The notes: generated from the letters alone by a model not told the origin. A DNA stretch of 64,000 nucleotides from Chrysomallon squamiferum (GCA_012295275.1 CM022669.1:5456001-5520000); one strand, 5' to 3'; counted from the first letter of the stretch, positions 14,257-30,473 are shown. Program-made: numbers and translations.

Positions 14257-17200
14257 TAAATATGGAGTTAAAAATTATATTAGATAGGATGGTAATACAA
14301 GGTAGAGCAAATAAATGTGAATATCCTGGTCTATCCTTTGTTATCATAAGTTGCTGTTGTTTCAGTTACAAACCAGTGAGTAAGTATGTTTTTACAAAAC
14401 ACCAAACAGTTTTTCGTTCTTTTGCTCGTCTCCAACTCATCACTCAAGCATGACGGTGCTATACATTCTTAATAAATTCAAGATTCTAAATAGTTACCAA
14501 AGATTCACAAAGTCTCTTTTATATTTTGGATTACTGTTATCTGCTTAGCAATTGAAACTGATGTCAAAATTCGAAAATAATTGTTTCGTTAATTCTTCTA
14601 GTCTTAGTTACAGTACCTACATACACAAAAGTCATGTATTTTCCCACTTATCTCTTTTGGTTTTATTAAAGTTTTAAATCAGATTCTCCTTTGATGTATC
14701 CGACTGTTCATTAATACATCAGGTAATTCCTGTTCATTAATTGCTGTATACATGAATATATGTATCATCTGTTTGCAATGAACAACTGTTTTTCTCTCTG
14801 TATATATCTATCTGAATATGTATGTATATGTGGGTGTTTGTGCGTGTGTTTGTGTGTGTCTTTATTAACATTTTTGGTGTTATTTTGATTTCATCTCTCT
14901 CTGTTATTTAGTTTTTAATGTTCTTGTGTTGTTTAGATCAATTATAGAGATACCATAATAGACTTTCAAAACAGTATTTGAAATTTTTTATTTTTGTATT
15001 GCATACTGCACTTGTAACAAATACAGATAAAAATGGCCAATTGACGTCAATGCTGGAGTAAGAATAGATTTTCATGTCTACAGGTTTATTTAAATGAATT
15101 ACTTAAATATCTGTGTCATACAGTTATTATTTTACAATCAGTTTAAAATGAATTGTGTCTAAGAACTGAATTTTTCTAAATAATAAACACAGCTACAATT
15201 TTTTTAAAGAAAAACTAAGAAACAAAAAACCGCAAATAAAAAGAAAACAGATGATAAATAAATAAAAATAAATAAACAACGTCAACAGTTTTCTTCAGTT
15301 ATATGTAGGGAAATTATACATTTATTGATATTATTATTTGCTATTTACTTAATATGGGCAAATATTCAGTTCTGACTTGCTAACCGGTGGGTTTAGAGTT
15401 ACAGAATCCATGATAATCTACGATCTAAAAAAAACAACAAATGTGTGGTTCCTATTAGTTTACTATAAAATATCAGATATGAATCATACTTACTTAATAC
15501 TAAATATAACAATGTCCCAAGACAGGTAAAAATATACATTGAAACCAAATACAAAATATATTTAAAATCATATAGTTTTCTTACATTTGCCTACGTATTG
15601 CTGGGGAAAGGTATGGTGGTTAGAGTTACGACATAGTCAGTTAACTGCAAACTTATACATTTTTTACCAATGTTAATCTTAATTTCAAAACTGATTTCTA
15701 GATCTTCTTTGTAACGATGTCTGGATTTTATCGTAAAGGCACTTTGAGCCAATGTTTTTAATATGTGCTATTTATTGGGTTGTTGTGACAAATATAATTT
15801 CAAAATGGCGGATTGACGTCAATGGAGCAGGAAGATATTCAGTACCAAACATTTACTGATTATATTAATTCAGTGGTCAGCAGACTGCTGATATTTATTA
15901 TAATAATCGACAAATAATCGACAATGATCGTGATAAATATAAAGAAAAATTAAATAAACAAAACAAGTAAAAGAAAATTTGAATTTATAAGCTTAATAGT
16001 TAAGGTAGCCATTTTGTTTAATTTACGAACAATAAATAATGTGTATTAAAGAAATAATCTCTGTATAGTTTATATATATATATTTATATAAATCTCTGCA
16101 ATCAAAAAATAACATAAACATCCGTCTAAAACAAATTTCTCCTGTTCAGCTAGACCTCATGTAATTTTGTACACACACGAGAAGTCCAGGAGGTTTTGTT
16201 GTGTTTTATAAACAAATCATGACAAAAGAAATACGCTTAGGTGTTTATTAGTTTGCTCGCTGTACTCTATCATGCAGGTATTTACAACTCTACCTTTAAT
16301 TTAATTAATCATTTATTTTATTATGTCCGAGCTTAAAATGTAGAATGTTTGTAGCAAAATAAAATGAACCATATATCGATGCATGCAGAAAATAAAAAAA
16401 TCACAACAAAAATATAAAAGAAAAATCTGTTTCACATGAAGGTTGGAAAGGGAAACTAATAAAAGTGATGATGATAATGCATTGCAGAGATTATAATTAG
16501 ATATATATATATATATAATTTAATTTTTATTATTATTTTTTTAAGAAAAAGAAGAAAACATTTTAAAATTAGTATTGCTAAATATAAGATTAAAAACCGA
16601 AATATTTAGAAGATATTATTTTAAAAATAAATTTCTGTATACTCGTACACTGAAATACTATGAAAATTTCATCTTTCTGAGCAAATTTTTGAACGGGTGA
16701 AATATAAAACGCACAAAAACATAACAAAACTAACTTCCTCCTTTCAACACTAAAGCTAGGTATAGAATATATTTCCAGGCAACAGAATGAAACTGGCGAT
16801 ACTGCTTTCACAGTTATTTTTTGTTGTGAAAAGGTGCGGTTTGAGAGAATCTTCTTGTTACCATTTCATTTTATTTTCATATTTTTCTTTTTCTTTTATT
16901 CAAAGAAGAAAGCTTCCATTAGAAATTTATTTAAGACATAAAAATAAATTTGTCCTTCGTTTTTGTACATATGTATACACATACAAATGTACTAACAAAC
17001 ACACATATACATACACACATACATCCATATATATAACTATTTTGATAAATATATATACATATATGTATATAAATATACATACGTACACACAGACATTCAC
17101 ACACAAACACACTGCTGTAATAAGGTACTGTGTGATATCTTTCATGATATAATTATAATCATCATTAATTAGTCTGAGTTAAAAGTTTGTACCTGTTCTA

Positions 17201-17661
17201 ATTAACTGATGCCAATGTTCCCATGCATGTCAGAAGAACAAACACAGGTGCAAACACAAAATAATAATGAAAAATATTCTTTGTTTATCTTCTGATCATG
17301 TTTGCCAATAATGGTCATTTTCCTTCACTCTGGCATGATTTGGAGTAGTTTTCGGGGCAGACATAGCTACACTTTTGAAAAGGACATTTTATATATGTCT
17401 TTAGTTATTATTAGTGGAAAAAAATAAAAACAACTACAAATGATCCTTCTACTCAGAATTCAGAACCTATTAAAAGAAATAGTAACCGTAGTGGTGGAGA
17501 TGGTAGTAGAAGTTTTATTATTTTTTATTTTTAGCAAATGTAACAATAGTAGCAGTTTTAGTAGTAATAATACTCGTAGTAGTAGCAGTGATAGTAGCAG
17601 CAGCGGTAGTAATAATACCAGTACTAGTTGTAATACTAATTATTTTAATACTACTAGTGAT

Positions 17662-17719
<58 letters not shown>

Positions 17720-18229
17720 GTAGCAGTAGTAGTAACAGTTGATGTTGTTGTAACAGCTCATTTTTTAATTAGACATACATGTCTTTTAAAATAATAATAA
17801 TAATAAAAAAAATAAAAAAAAAGGAATCCCTAAGTAATTACTGCAGTATGTTAACAACAATCTCACCCATAACAGTAGTCGGGACAAAGTGTTCCAAATA
17901 AGACACCTTCGACTATTTTCATGTCATGCAAATTAATCGCTGCGGGAGAGTGTAAATTAACAATCATTGCCTAATTGCTAATTTGGAACGAAAATATCAG
18001 CAATTTTGTTCAACTCATGCCATTCTAATCTTAGCAAGATAAAGGTTGTATCTCAAGATATTAACCACTTGTTCCATATATATATATAATTTGTACATCA
18101 ATTCGTTGGATAAGAGTCCTTCTTCATAAATAAAATGGTTACTTTCTTGTTTTTGACCTAAAATACGTCATTTGTATGTTATTTATTTATTTATTTAACC
18201 AAAAATATGTCCGTATAGCAATTCCTTTT

Positions 18230-18475
18230 CCTGCCCAAACAATAAATAATGCTAATCAAATTAGGTTACTTCTAAAACAAAACAAAAAAAGAAAGCCGGA
18301 CTTTGTAGGTATTAGGCGTTATCAATACGACCATGGCCGAGTATCTATGTTAATATGGTTTCGCTAATGACGTCACCTCTGACGTCTGTAGATTGATTCT
18401 CTTCCGAAGTCTGTGAGATAAACCAACGCAGAGTTTTTCTTCTAATTACCGCGTTGTCAAGTGCATCTTGTTCTT
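18230..18475. promoter_or_regulatory. Conserved non-coding core, copy 5 of 9
   Basis: Same core, nearly identical to copy 4. Confidence 0.45.
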
Positions 18476-18605
18476 ATACATGATGTACTCTAATTTGAGT
18501 ATATGATCGAGAACAAAAACAAAAAGGAAATAGAGAAAGAAGGAGAAGGAGGAACAACAACAACAATATAAGAAATATATATATACATACAACATAAAAT
18601 AAAAC

Positions 18606-18663
<58 letters not shown>

Positions 18664-20029
18664 TTATTACTATTATTATTATTATTATAAGCTGATCATC
18701 ATCATTATTATTATCGTCTTCATTATTTTTATCATTGTCATTCTGAACAATCTTTTACCAACCTGTAAATTTATTTTATAATTTCTTAAATGTAACTTTA
18801 AAAAGCTATGAGAATGAAATCAGGATCAAACCTTCCTTGATAATATTTGCCTTGATATATGCATGTATATATGCATGTATGTATCTATATATATATGTGT
18901 ATATATATGTATGTATGCATGCATACGTATGTATATGTATATGTATATATGCGTCTGTGTGTCTATATAATCATAGTTCTTTAACTTCTCTATTTATATA
19001 TATTTTATGCATGTGTGTATGTATGTATGTTATATTGCTTTGCTTATATTTATTTATTTATATATTTATTTTAGATGGCTTTTCTAAATGTTATTTTTGT
19101 TTATTAGTTTTTCTCTTGTTTTATTCTCCACGTTAGATCTGTGACATGTTATTTGTTTATCACTTGAGCGATATTTTACTGTGTTTACATTTTGTAAGTA
19201 ATGAATGAACAGTGTGATTATTATACAATGAAACTTTATGAGAAGTGAATGGAGTTTGCTTCAGTTAACCTGTTTAGTGAATTATTTGTCATCATGGGAG
19301 TGTAAAACTGTAGCAAACAGTATCATTGTTTGGTTGTTGTTTCACAAATATTTTTATGAACAACACGGAAAAAGAAACAAACGGTCGTGTTTGCAGCAGT
19401 GCTTCATGGGTATGTTAAGGCTAATGCAAGGTTAAAAAACAAAACGTAGCTAAGCTGATCATTTGTAAAAGTTGATTCATGGCAAATACCCACATCCTCA
19501 CGCTTTGTCCGTTTTACTGGCGAGTTCGGCAGAAAATTGAAACCAGGGACTTGCTTTGTCGTTAAAGATTACTGAGTTTTAAATATATTTTGTTCATTTG
19601 AAATGCGATTTCAAAGTTAAAAATCAAACGAATAGTAAGAAAAATAAAACATTACTAGAAACAAATTACATTTGAACTTAATATTCCTTATTCCACAAAA
19701 CATTGAACAAGCTGTGGCAATATGAGCTAAAATAATTCTGGAATAATTATCTATATTTTGGCGGTTTATGGGCTGCCGAAAAAAGCAAGTCATACACGGA
19801 TAAGAAATAATCGATTTAAAAAAATATATGTATTTTTAATTCTCACAAACATACTAATGAGCAACGGAACATTTCAGACGAAACCTTGACTATATAGTGA
19901 GAAAATACATTTTTCTACTTGTTTCTAATTTATGATTTTATGGAGTAAACTGCGAAAACTGTTTTAATACAAAAATGTCTATGTATATATAAAGAACATA
20001 AAATAAAACTATGATTATTATTATCATCA

Positions 20030-20091
<62 letters not shown>

Positions 20092-20952
20092 ATGATCATT
20101 CCTATTTGCCATGTCGTTAATGATTACTGATTATTGAAGAAGCTTTTTTTGTGTTGAAATGCGAATTCCAAGTTGAAAAGCAAACGAATGGTAAGAAAAA
20201 TAAAACAATTACCATAAATATTCTATATTACATTTCAAGTTAATATTCTTCGTTCCACAAAACATTTAACAAAGTGTGGCAATATGTGCTAAGATAATTA
20301 TATATGTGTGTATTGTAAATCCTACCATCGTATTAATGAATATTTTAAACATACGTTTTGCCAATAAATGTTTAATGTATATTAAAATAATTTAGAAGGA
20401 AAGATAATAAATTCACATGAAAATTTTGGTGACATGAAATAGAGTTTAAACTTTTAAGCTTCTCCTCAAACGACAAAAAAAAAAATTAAAAAAAATTATA
20501 ATAATAATAATAAAATAAATAAATAAAAATGAAAAAAAATACCAACAACAATAACAATTGTTTATGATTTCATGGAATTAACTGCGAAAACTATTTTAAT
20601 ACTAATATGGCGAACTGAGAGCTGAAAACGAAGCTGCATTTAACAAATATAAATTAAAACAAATTTTTGAATCCTGTTTTCTGAAAGCCGAAAAAAATGG
20701 TTTGGTACTATTTTCTTTACTGAAGCATGTCAGTGAAAACACATTTATTTTGTTTAAAGTAATATCAAATTTTATATATTTATCTGAAACGTTATTTATT
20801 TTACAACTAGAAAACTGGAATAGTCTTTGATGGAACAGGGGTCTTTTGGTCTTAATTTTTACAGGTATCTCGGCAACACTGTTCAGTGAACTCGGACAAG
20901 ATAGACAGCTAGATATATTCAAATATATGTATGTATGTATGTATTTATGTAT

Positions 20953-21061
<109 letters not shown>

Positions 21062-22907
21062 TATGGAATTATGAAGTTAAAAATTATATTAGATAGGATG
21101 ATAATATAAGGAAGACCAAATAAATGTGAATATCCTTGTCTATCCTTTGTTATCATAAGTTTCTGTTGTTTCAGTTAGAAACCACTAAGTATGTATGTTT
21201 TTACAAAACACGAAACAGTTTTTCGTTCTTTTTCTCGTCTCCGACTCATCACTCAAGCACGACGGTGCTATACATTCTTAATAAATCCAAGATTCTAAAT
21301 AGTTACCAAAGATTCACAAAGTCTCCTTTATATTTTGGATTACTGTTATCTGCTTAGCAATTGAAACTGATGTCAAAATTCAAAAAGAATTGTTTCGTTA
21401 ATTCTTCTAGTCTTAGTTACAGTACCTACATACACAAAAGTCATGTATTTTCCCACTTATCTCTTTTGCTTTTATTAAAGTTTTAAATCAGATTGTTCTT
21501 TGATGTATCCGACTGTTCATTAATACATCAGGTAATTCCTGTTCATTAATTCCTGTATACATGAATATATGTATTATCTGTTTGCAATGAATAACTGTTT
21601 TTCTCTCTGTATATATCTATCTGAATATGTATGTATCTGTGTGTGTTTGTGCGTGTGTGTGTGTGTGTCTTTATTAACATTTTTGGTGTTATTTTGATTT
21701 CGTCTCTCTCTGTTATTTAGTTTTTAATGTTCTTCTGTTGTTTAGATCAATTATAGAGATACCATAATAGACTTTCAAAACAGTATTTGAAATGTTTTAT
21801 TTTTGTATTGCATACTGCACTTGTAACAAATACAGATAAAAATGGCCGATTGACGTCAATGCTGGAGTAAGAATAGATTTTCATGTCTACAGGTTTATTT
21901 AAACGAATTACTTAAATATCTGTGTCATACAGTTATTATTTTACGATCAGTTTAAAGTATTAATTATTACGTTAAAAAACAACAACAACAAAAACATTTA
22001 AAATGAATTGTGTCTAAGAACTGAATTTTCTAAACAATAAACACAGCTACAATTTTTTAAAAGAAAAACTAACAAACAAAAAACCGCAAATAAAAAAACA
22101 GATGATAAATAAATAAAAATAAATAAACAACGTCAACAGTTTTCTTCAGTTATATGTAGGGAAATTATACATTTATTGATATTATTATTTGCTATTTACT
22201 TAATATGGGCAAATATTCAGTTCTGACTTGCTAACCGGTGGGTTTAGAGTTACAGAATCCATGATAATCTAGGATCTACAAAATAATTTTAAAAAATGTG
22301 TAGTTCCTATTAGTTTACTATAAAGTATCAGATATGGATCATACTTACTTAATAATGAAGATAACAATGTCCGAAGACAGGACAAAATATACATTGAAAC
22401 CAAATACAAGATATCTTTAGAATCATATAGTTTTCTTACATTTGCCTACGTATTGCTGGGGAAATGTATGGTGGTTAGAGTGTACGACAGTCAGTTAACT
22501 GCAAACTTATACATTTTTTACCAATGTTAATCTTAATTTCAAAACTGATTTCTAGATCTTCTTTGTAACGATGTCTGGATTTTATTGTCTAGCTAATGTT
22601 TTTAATATGTGCTATTTATTGGGTTGTTGTGACAAATATAATTTCAAAATGGCGGATTGACGTCAATGGAGCAGGAAGATATTCAGTACCAAACATTTAC
22701 TGATTATATTAATTCAGTGGTCAGCAGACTGCTGATATTTATCATGACCACTACAAACAATCCACAATGATCGTGATAAATATAAAGAAAAATTAAATAA
22801 ACAAAACAAGTAAAAGAAAATTTGAATTTATAAGCTTAATAGTTAAGGTAGCCATTTTGTTTAATTTACGAACAATAAATAATGTGTATTAAAGAAATAA
22901 TCTCTGT

Positions 22908-22957
<50 letters not shown>

Positions 22958-23352
22958 ATCAAAAAATAACATAAACATCCGTCTAAATCAAATTTCTCCT
23001 GTTCAGTCAGACCTCACGTAATTTTGTACACACACAAGAAGTCCAGGAGGTTTTGTTGTGTTTTAAAAACAAATCATGATAAAAGAAATACGCTTAGGTG
23101 TTTATTAGTTTGCTCGCTGTACTATATCATGCAGGTATTTACAACTCTACTTTTAATTTAATTAATCATTTATTTTATTATGTCCGAGCTTAAAATGTAG
23201 AATGTTTGTAGCAAAATAAAATGAACCATATATCGATGCATGCAGAAAAAAAAAAAAAAACACAACAAAAATATAAAAGAAAAATCTGTTTCACATGAAG
23301 GTTGGAAACGAAAATTAATAAAAGTGATGATGATAAAGTATTGTAGAGATTA

Positions 23353-23392
<40 letters not shown>

Positions 23393-24968
23393 AATTTTTA
23401 TTCTAATTTTTTTAAGAAAAAGAAGAAAACATTTTTAAATTAGTATTGCTAAATATAAGATTAAAAACCGAAATATTTACAAGAGATTCTATTAAAAATA
23501 AATTTCTGTATACTCGTACATTGAAATACAATGAAAATTTCATCTTTCTGAACAAATTTTTGAAAGGGTGAAATATAAAACGCACAAAAACATAACAAAA
23601 GTAAAACACTAAAGCTCGTTTAGAAACACTTCAAAGCTAGGTATAGAATACGTTTCCAGGCAACAGAATGAAACTGGCGATACAGCTTTCACAGTTATTT
23701 ATTGTTGTGAAAAGGTGCGGTTTGACAGAATCTTCTTGTTACAATTTCATTTTATTTTCATATTTTTCTTTTTCTTTTATTCAAAGAAGAAAGCTTCCAT
23801 TAGCAATCTATCTAAGACATAAAAAATTATTTTTCCTTCGTTTTTGTACATATGTATACACATACAAATGTACTAACAAACACACATATACATACACACA
23901 TACATCCATATACATAACCATTTTGATAAATATAACTATTTTATATATAAATATATATATATATATATATAATATATATATATACATACATTCACACACA
24001 AACACACACTGCTGTAATAAGGTACTGTATGATATCTTTCATGATATAATATAATCATCATTAATTAGTCTGAGTTAAAAGTTTGTACCTGTTCTAATTA
24101 ACTGGTGCCAATGTTCCCATGCATGTCAGGAGAACAAACACAGGTGCAAACACCAAATAATAATGAAAAATATTCTTTGTTTTTCTTCTGATCATGTTTG
24201 CCAATAATGGACATTTTCCTTGAATCTGGCATGATTTGACATTCGAGTAGTTTTTTGAAAAGCATTTTATACATAGTCTTTAACCCTTTTGGAAAAAAAT
24301 ACATTTTATATATGTCTTTAATTATTATTTGTGGAAAAAAAGTTTTTTGATAGTAAAACAACTACAAAGTTTTAATACTAATTCTACTAGCAGAATCAAC
24401 TTCTACGCAGAAGTAGTAGTAGTAGTAGTAGTAGTAATATTAGTAGTAGTAGCAGTAGTAGTAACAGTTGATGTTGTTGTAACAGCTCATTTTTTAAATA
24501 GACATACATGTCTTTTAAAAATAATAATAATAATAATTTAAAAAAAAAAAAAATCCCTAAGTAATTACTGCAGTATGTTAACAACAATCTCACCCATAAC
24601 AGTAGTCGGGACCAAAGTGTTCCAAAGAAGACATCTTCGACAATTTTCGTGTCATGCAAATTAATCGCTGCGGGAGAGTGTAAATTAAAAATCATAGCTG
24701 AATATTAACAGACTGGCTAATTTGGAACGAAAATATCAGCAATTTTGTTCAACTCATGCCATTCTAATCTTAGCAAGATAAAGGTTGTATCTCAAGATAT
24801 TAACCACTTGTTCCATATATATATATAAGTTGTACATCAATTCGTTGGATAAGAGTCCTGCTTCATAAATAAAAGGGTTACTTTCTTATCTTTGACCTAA
24901 AATACGTCATTTTTATGTTATTTATTTATTTATTTAACAAAAAATATGTCCGTATAGCAATTCTTTTT

Positions 24969-25207
24969 CCTGCCCAAACAATAAACAATGCTAATCAAAT
25001 TAGGTTACTTCTAAGAAAAAAAATTAGCCTGACTTTGTAGGTATTAGGCGTTATCAATACGACCATGGCCGAGTATCTATGTTAATATGGTTTTGCAAAA
25101 CACGTCACCTCTGACGTCAGTAGATTGATTCTCTTCCGAAGTCTGTGGGATAAACCAACGCAGAGTTTTTCTTCTAATTACCGCGTTGTCAAGTGCATCT
25201 TGTTCTT
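24969..25207. promoter_or_regulatory. Conserved non-coding core, copy 6 of 9
   Basis: Same core, ~1 kb downstream of the stop of the truncated FoxQ2 copy. This mirrors copy 9 relative to the intact gene once the MITE is subtracted. Confidence 0.45.
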
Positions 25208-25332
25208 GTAAATGATGTACTTTAATTTGAATAAATCATCGAAAACAAAAACAAAAAAGAAATAGAGAAAGAAGGAGAAGGAGGAACAACAACAAAAATA
25301 ATCAATAAATTTAAAATATATATATATATATA

Positions 25333-25386
<54 letters not shown>

Positions 25387-26216
25387 GCCATCATCTTCAT
25401 CATTATTATTATCGTCTTCCATATTTTTGTCATCATCATTCTGATCAATCTTTTACTAATTTGTGAATTTATTTCACAATTTCTTAAATGTGACTTTAAG
25501 AATGAAATGTATGTATGTATATATATATATATAAAATCATAATCTCTATTTTTCTCATCTTCTTATCATATACAGAGAACAGAAAGAGATTGTATATATG
25601 TTTGCGTTTATTTGTGTAGAGTGTATGTGTGTGTTTGTCTATGTGTGTCTCTGAAACCTGTATACATATTTCCATTTTGTTTGCTTTTCCTGACATATAT
25701 TTATATATGTAGAAAGAGAGAGAGAGAGTTTAAATGTCTCCATTATATGTCAGCGTCTTTGAACTTATGTCTGAGTATGTCTGCAACTGCATATTTCCGG
25801 ACGTGGAGTTCGTGCATGAGTTTGCGTGTGTGTGCGTGTGTGTGTGTGTGCTTAAAGACTTTAGCAATACTTACAAATACTTATAGTTTCGCCCAACTGA
25901 AAACAGTTACCAAACTTAATCCAATAAAAAAAAAAAAAAAAAAAAAATATATACTTATTCTGTATTTATTAAATAAAATATTCCATGACAAGAAATAACA
26001 AGACCAATATTTACAACGTAACAGCGTTTAATAACAATAAGAAAATAAAAATGTGAAATGTTTTCGTTTTGAAAAACAAAAATATTATTCTTCTCCGATG
26101 TCAAAGACTTCACATTAAACACTAACAGTATTAACACTATTGCATGCTCACATCTCAATGATATTGTATTTATATCAATGGCACAGTGATAAAGTGAAAC
26201 AATATTTTGTAAAAAG

Positions 26217-26760
26217 TTAGTAAGAAAACGCGGTGTAGGCCCGGCTGACTTGACCCATTTCGTTGTACATATCGCAATTCCAATTCTGCTCAGACGGCAT
26301 ATGTGCAGGTACGTTCATTGGAAGCAGCGACATCTGAGACGACGGCATTTGGCCTGTGTACAGCATCTGTGCAGGAGCCGAGTAGATGTGACTGGGGTAC
26401 ATGGCAGACGTACTCGAGTAGCAGGGAAAGTTTATCGAGGCCGCGACGGTCGAGTGGGTCATGGGTACATAGCCCAAATTTTTCCTGTACTCGGAAGAGA
26501 TGTTGGCAAAGCTGACGTCCTTCATGGAACTTTTGCGTGCACGGCGACGAGCATGTCGACGTCGGAAGTCGCCTTTGGCGAAGTCGTTTTCGCAAGCTGG
26601 ATGAACGGACCAATAGTTTCCCTTACCGTTTTCCGCGCGCCCGCTTTTGATGAAATATTCGTTCAGCGAGAGATTGTGACTAATGCTGTTTTTCCATGCC
26701 TTGCTTTTGGCGTTGTAGTATGGATAGTTGTCGCTGATGTACTGGTAGATGTCGACTAGC
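26217..26760 (-). pseudogene. 5'-truncated FoxQ2 paralog (from forkhead helix 2 to the native stop; 3' UTR and flank retained)
   Basis: Frame is open from LVDIYQYISDNYPYYNAKSKAWKNSISHNLSLNEYFIKSGRAENGKGNYW... to ...AYTAFSY*. Homology with the intact gene ends at gtcgactagc|ttttttcat. 25220-26217 parallels 34850-36692. Confidence 0.93.
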
Positions 26761-26905
26761 TTTTTTCATATACAGTAGATAAGAGTGTTTGTTTATAAAT
26801 AAATTGGTTACTTTTTTACTTTTGACATAAAATATTTTCTTTTCGTATTCATTATTTATTTAATAAAAATACACCCTTCTACCAGTTCTTTGTACCTGCA
26901 GTTAT

Positions 26906-27138
26906 CCTTCCCAAAGTGTAAACAATTCTAATCAAATTAGGTTACTTCTAAAAAAAAAGCCTGACTTTTTAGGTATAAGCGTTATCAATACGACCATGGC
27001 CGAGTATCTATGTTAATATGGTTTCGCTAATGACGTCACCTCTGACGTCAGTAGATTGATTCTCTTCCGAAGTCTGTGAGATAAACCAACGCAGAGTTTT
27101 TCTTCTAATTACCGCGTTGTGAAGTGCATCTTTTTCTT
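26906..27138. promoter_or_regulatory. Conserved non-coding core, copy 7 of 9
   Basis: Same core, more substituted at the 5' end (cccaaagtgtaaacaattc); P3 palindrome and double CRE intact. Confidence 0.4.
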
Positions 27139-27274
27139 ATACATGATGTACTTTAATTTGAATAAATGATCGAAAAACAAATACAAAAAAGGAAATAGAG
27201 AAAGAACCTAAATGAGGAACAAGAACAACAATATCACAAATATATATATATATATATACACCATAAAATAAAAC

Positions 27275-27326
<52 letters not shown>

Positions 27327-30300
27327 AGCTGATCATCATCATTATTATTATCGTCTTCATTATTTTTATCATTGCCATTCTGAACAATCTTTTACCAACT
27401 TGTAAATTTATATTTTGGATTACTGAACCTTGTGTCAAAATTCAAAAATAATTGTTTCGTTAATTCCTTTACTCTTTGTTACAGTATCTACATACACAAA
27501 AGTCATGTATTTTCCCACTTATCTCTTTTGGTTTTATTAAATTTTTAAATCAGATTGTTCTTTGATGTATCCGACGATTCATTATTACATCAGGTAAGAA
27601 AATGAATTTAATTCCTGTATACATGTATATATCTATTATCTGTTTGCCATGAATAACTGCTTTTCTCTCTATATATATCTGTCTGAATGTGTGAGTGTGT
27701 GTGTGTTTATTAACATTTTTGTTGTTATTTTGATTTCATGATAGACTTTCAAAACAGTATTTGAAGATTTAAAATTTTGTATTGCATACTACACTTGTAA
27801 CAAATACAGATAAAAATGGCGAATTGACGTCAATACTGCAGTAAGAATAGATTTTCAAGTCTATACGTTTATTTAAATGAATTACTTAAATAGCTGTGTC
27901 ATACAGTTATTTTACGATCAGTTTAAAGTATTGTTAAAAGGAAAAAAATCACCATTTACAATCGATGGTGTTTAAGAAATGGATTTTTCTAAATTATAAA
28001 CACAGCTACAATTTTTTTATGAAAAACAAACAAACAAAATAAAAACCCGCAAATAATAAAACAGATGATAAAGAAATAAAACTAAATAAACAACATCAAC
28101 AGATTTCTTCAGTTATATATAGTGAAAATAACACATTTATTGATATTATCATTTGCTATTTACTTAATATGGGCAAATATTCAATTCTGACTTGCTAACC
28201 GTTGGGTTTAGAGTTACAGAATCCATGATAATGTACGATCTAAAAAAAAAAAGAAGAAAAATGTGTAGTTCCTATTAGTTTACTATAAAATATCAGATAT
28301 GAATCATACTTACTTAATACTGAATATAACAATGTCCCAAGACAGGTAAAAATATACGTTGAAACCAAATACAAAATATCTTTAGAATCATATAGTTTTC
28401 TTACATAGGGAAAGGTATGATGGTTAGAGTGTACGACATAGTCAGTTAACTGCAAACTTATACATTTTTTACCAATGTTAATCTTAATTTCAAAACTGAT
28501 TTCTAGATCTTGTTTGTAACGATGTCTGGATTTTATCGTAAAGGCAATTTGAGCCAATATTTTTAATATGTGCTATTTATTGGGTTGTTGTGACAAATAT
28601 AATTTCAAAATGGCGGATTGACGTCAATGGAGCAGGAAGATATTCAGTACCAAACATTTACTGATTATTTTAATTCAGTGGTCAACAGACTGCTGATATT
28701 TATTATGACCACTACAAACAATCCATAATGATCGTGATAAATATAAACAAAACAATTAAATAAACAAAACAAGTAAAAGAAAATTTGAATTTATAACCTT
28801 AATAGTTAAGGTAGCCATTTTGTTTAATTTACGAACAATAAATAATGTGTATTAAAGACATAATCTCTGCATAGTTTATATATATATATATATAATACCT
28901 CTGCAATCAAAAAATAACATAAACATCCGTCTAAATCAAATTTCTCCTGTTCAGTCAGACCTCACGTAATTTTGTACACACACGAGAAGTCCAGGAGGTT
29001 TTGTTGTGTTTTAAAAACAAATCATGACAAAAGAAATACGCTTAGGTGTTTATTAGTTTGCTCGCTGTACTATATCATGCAGGTATTTACAACTCTACCT
29101 TTAATTTAATTAATCATTTATTTTATTATGTCCGAGCTTAAAATGTAGAATGTTTGTAGGAAAATAAAATGAACAATATATCGATGCATGCAGAAAATAA
29201 AAAAATCACAACAAAAATATAAAAGAAAAATCTGTTTCACATGAAGGTTGGAAAGGGAAATTAATAAAAGTGATGATGATAAAGTATTGCAGAGATTATA
29301 ATTATATATATATATATCTATGATTCAATATTTATTATTATTTTTTTAAGAAAAAGAAGAAAACATTTTTAAATTAGTATTGGTAAATATAAGATTAAAA
29401 ACCGAAATATTTACAAGAAATTTTACTAAAAATAAATTTCTGTATAATCGTACACTGAAATACAATGAAAATTTCATCTTTCTGACCAAATTTTGGAACG
29501 GGTGAAATATAAAACGCACAAAAACATAACAAAAGTAACTTCCTCGTTTCAGCACTAAAGCTAGACATAGAATACGTTTCCAGGCAACAGAATGAAACTG
29601 TCCATACAGCTTTCACAGTTATTTTTTGTTGTGAAAAGGTGCGGTTTGAGAGAATCTTCTTGTTACAATTTCATTTTATTTTCATATTTTTCTTTTTCTT
29701 TTATTCAAAGAAGAAAGCTTCCATTAGAAATCTATTTAAGACATAAAAATAAATTTGTCCTTCGTTTTTGTACATATGTATACACATACAAATGTACTAA
29801 CAAACACACATATACATACACACATACATCCATATACATAACTATTTTCAGAAATATATATATATATATATACATACGTACACACAGACATTCACACACA
29901 AACACATTGCTGTAATAAGGTACTGTATGATATCTTTCATGATATAATTATAATCATCATTAATTAGTCTGAGTTAAAAGTTTGTACCTGTTCTAATTAA
30001 CTGGTGCCAATGTTCCCATGCATGTCAGAAGAACAAACACAGGTGCAAACACCAAATAATAATGAAAAATATTCTTTTCTTCTGACCATGTTTCCAAATA
30101 ATGGACATTTTCCTTGACTCTGGCATGATTTGGAATAGTTTTCGGAGCAGACATAGCTACCCTTTTGAAAAGGACATTTTATATATGTCTTTAATTATTA
30201 TTTGTGGAAAAAATAAAAACAACTACAAAGTATACTTCTACTCAGAATTCAGAGCCTATTAAAAGAACTAGTAACGGTAGTGGTGGAGATGGTAGTAGAA

Positions 30301-30440
30301 GTTTTTATTTATTATTTTTAGCAACAATAGCAGTTTTAGTATTAATAATACCAGTAGTAGTTTAGTAGCAGCAGCGGTATTAATAATACCAGTAGTAGTT
30401 TTAATACTAATAATCTTAATACTAGTAGTGATAGTAGCAA

Positions 30441-30473
<33 letters not shown>

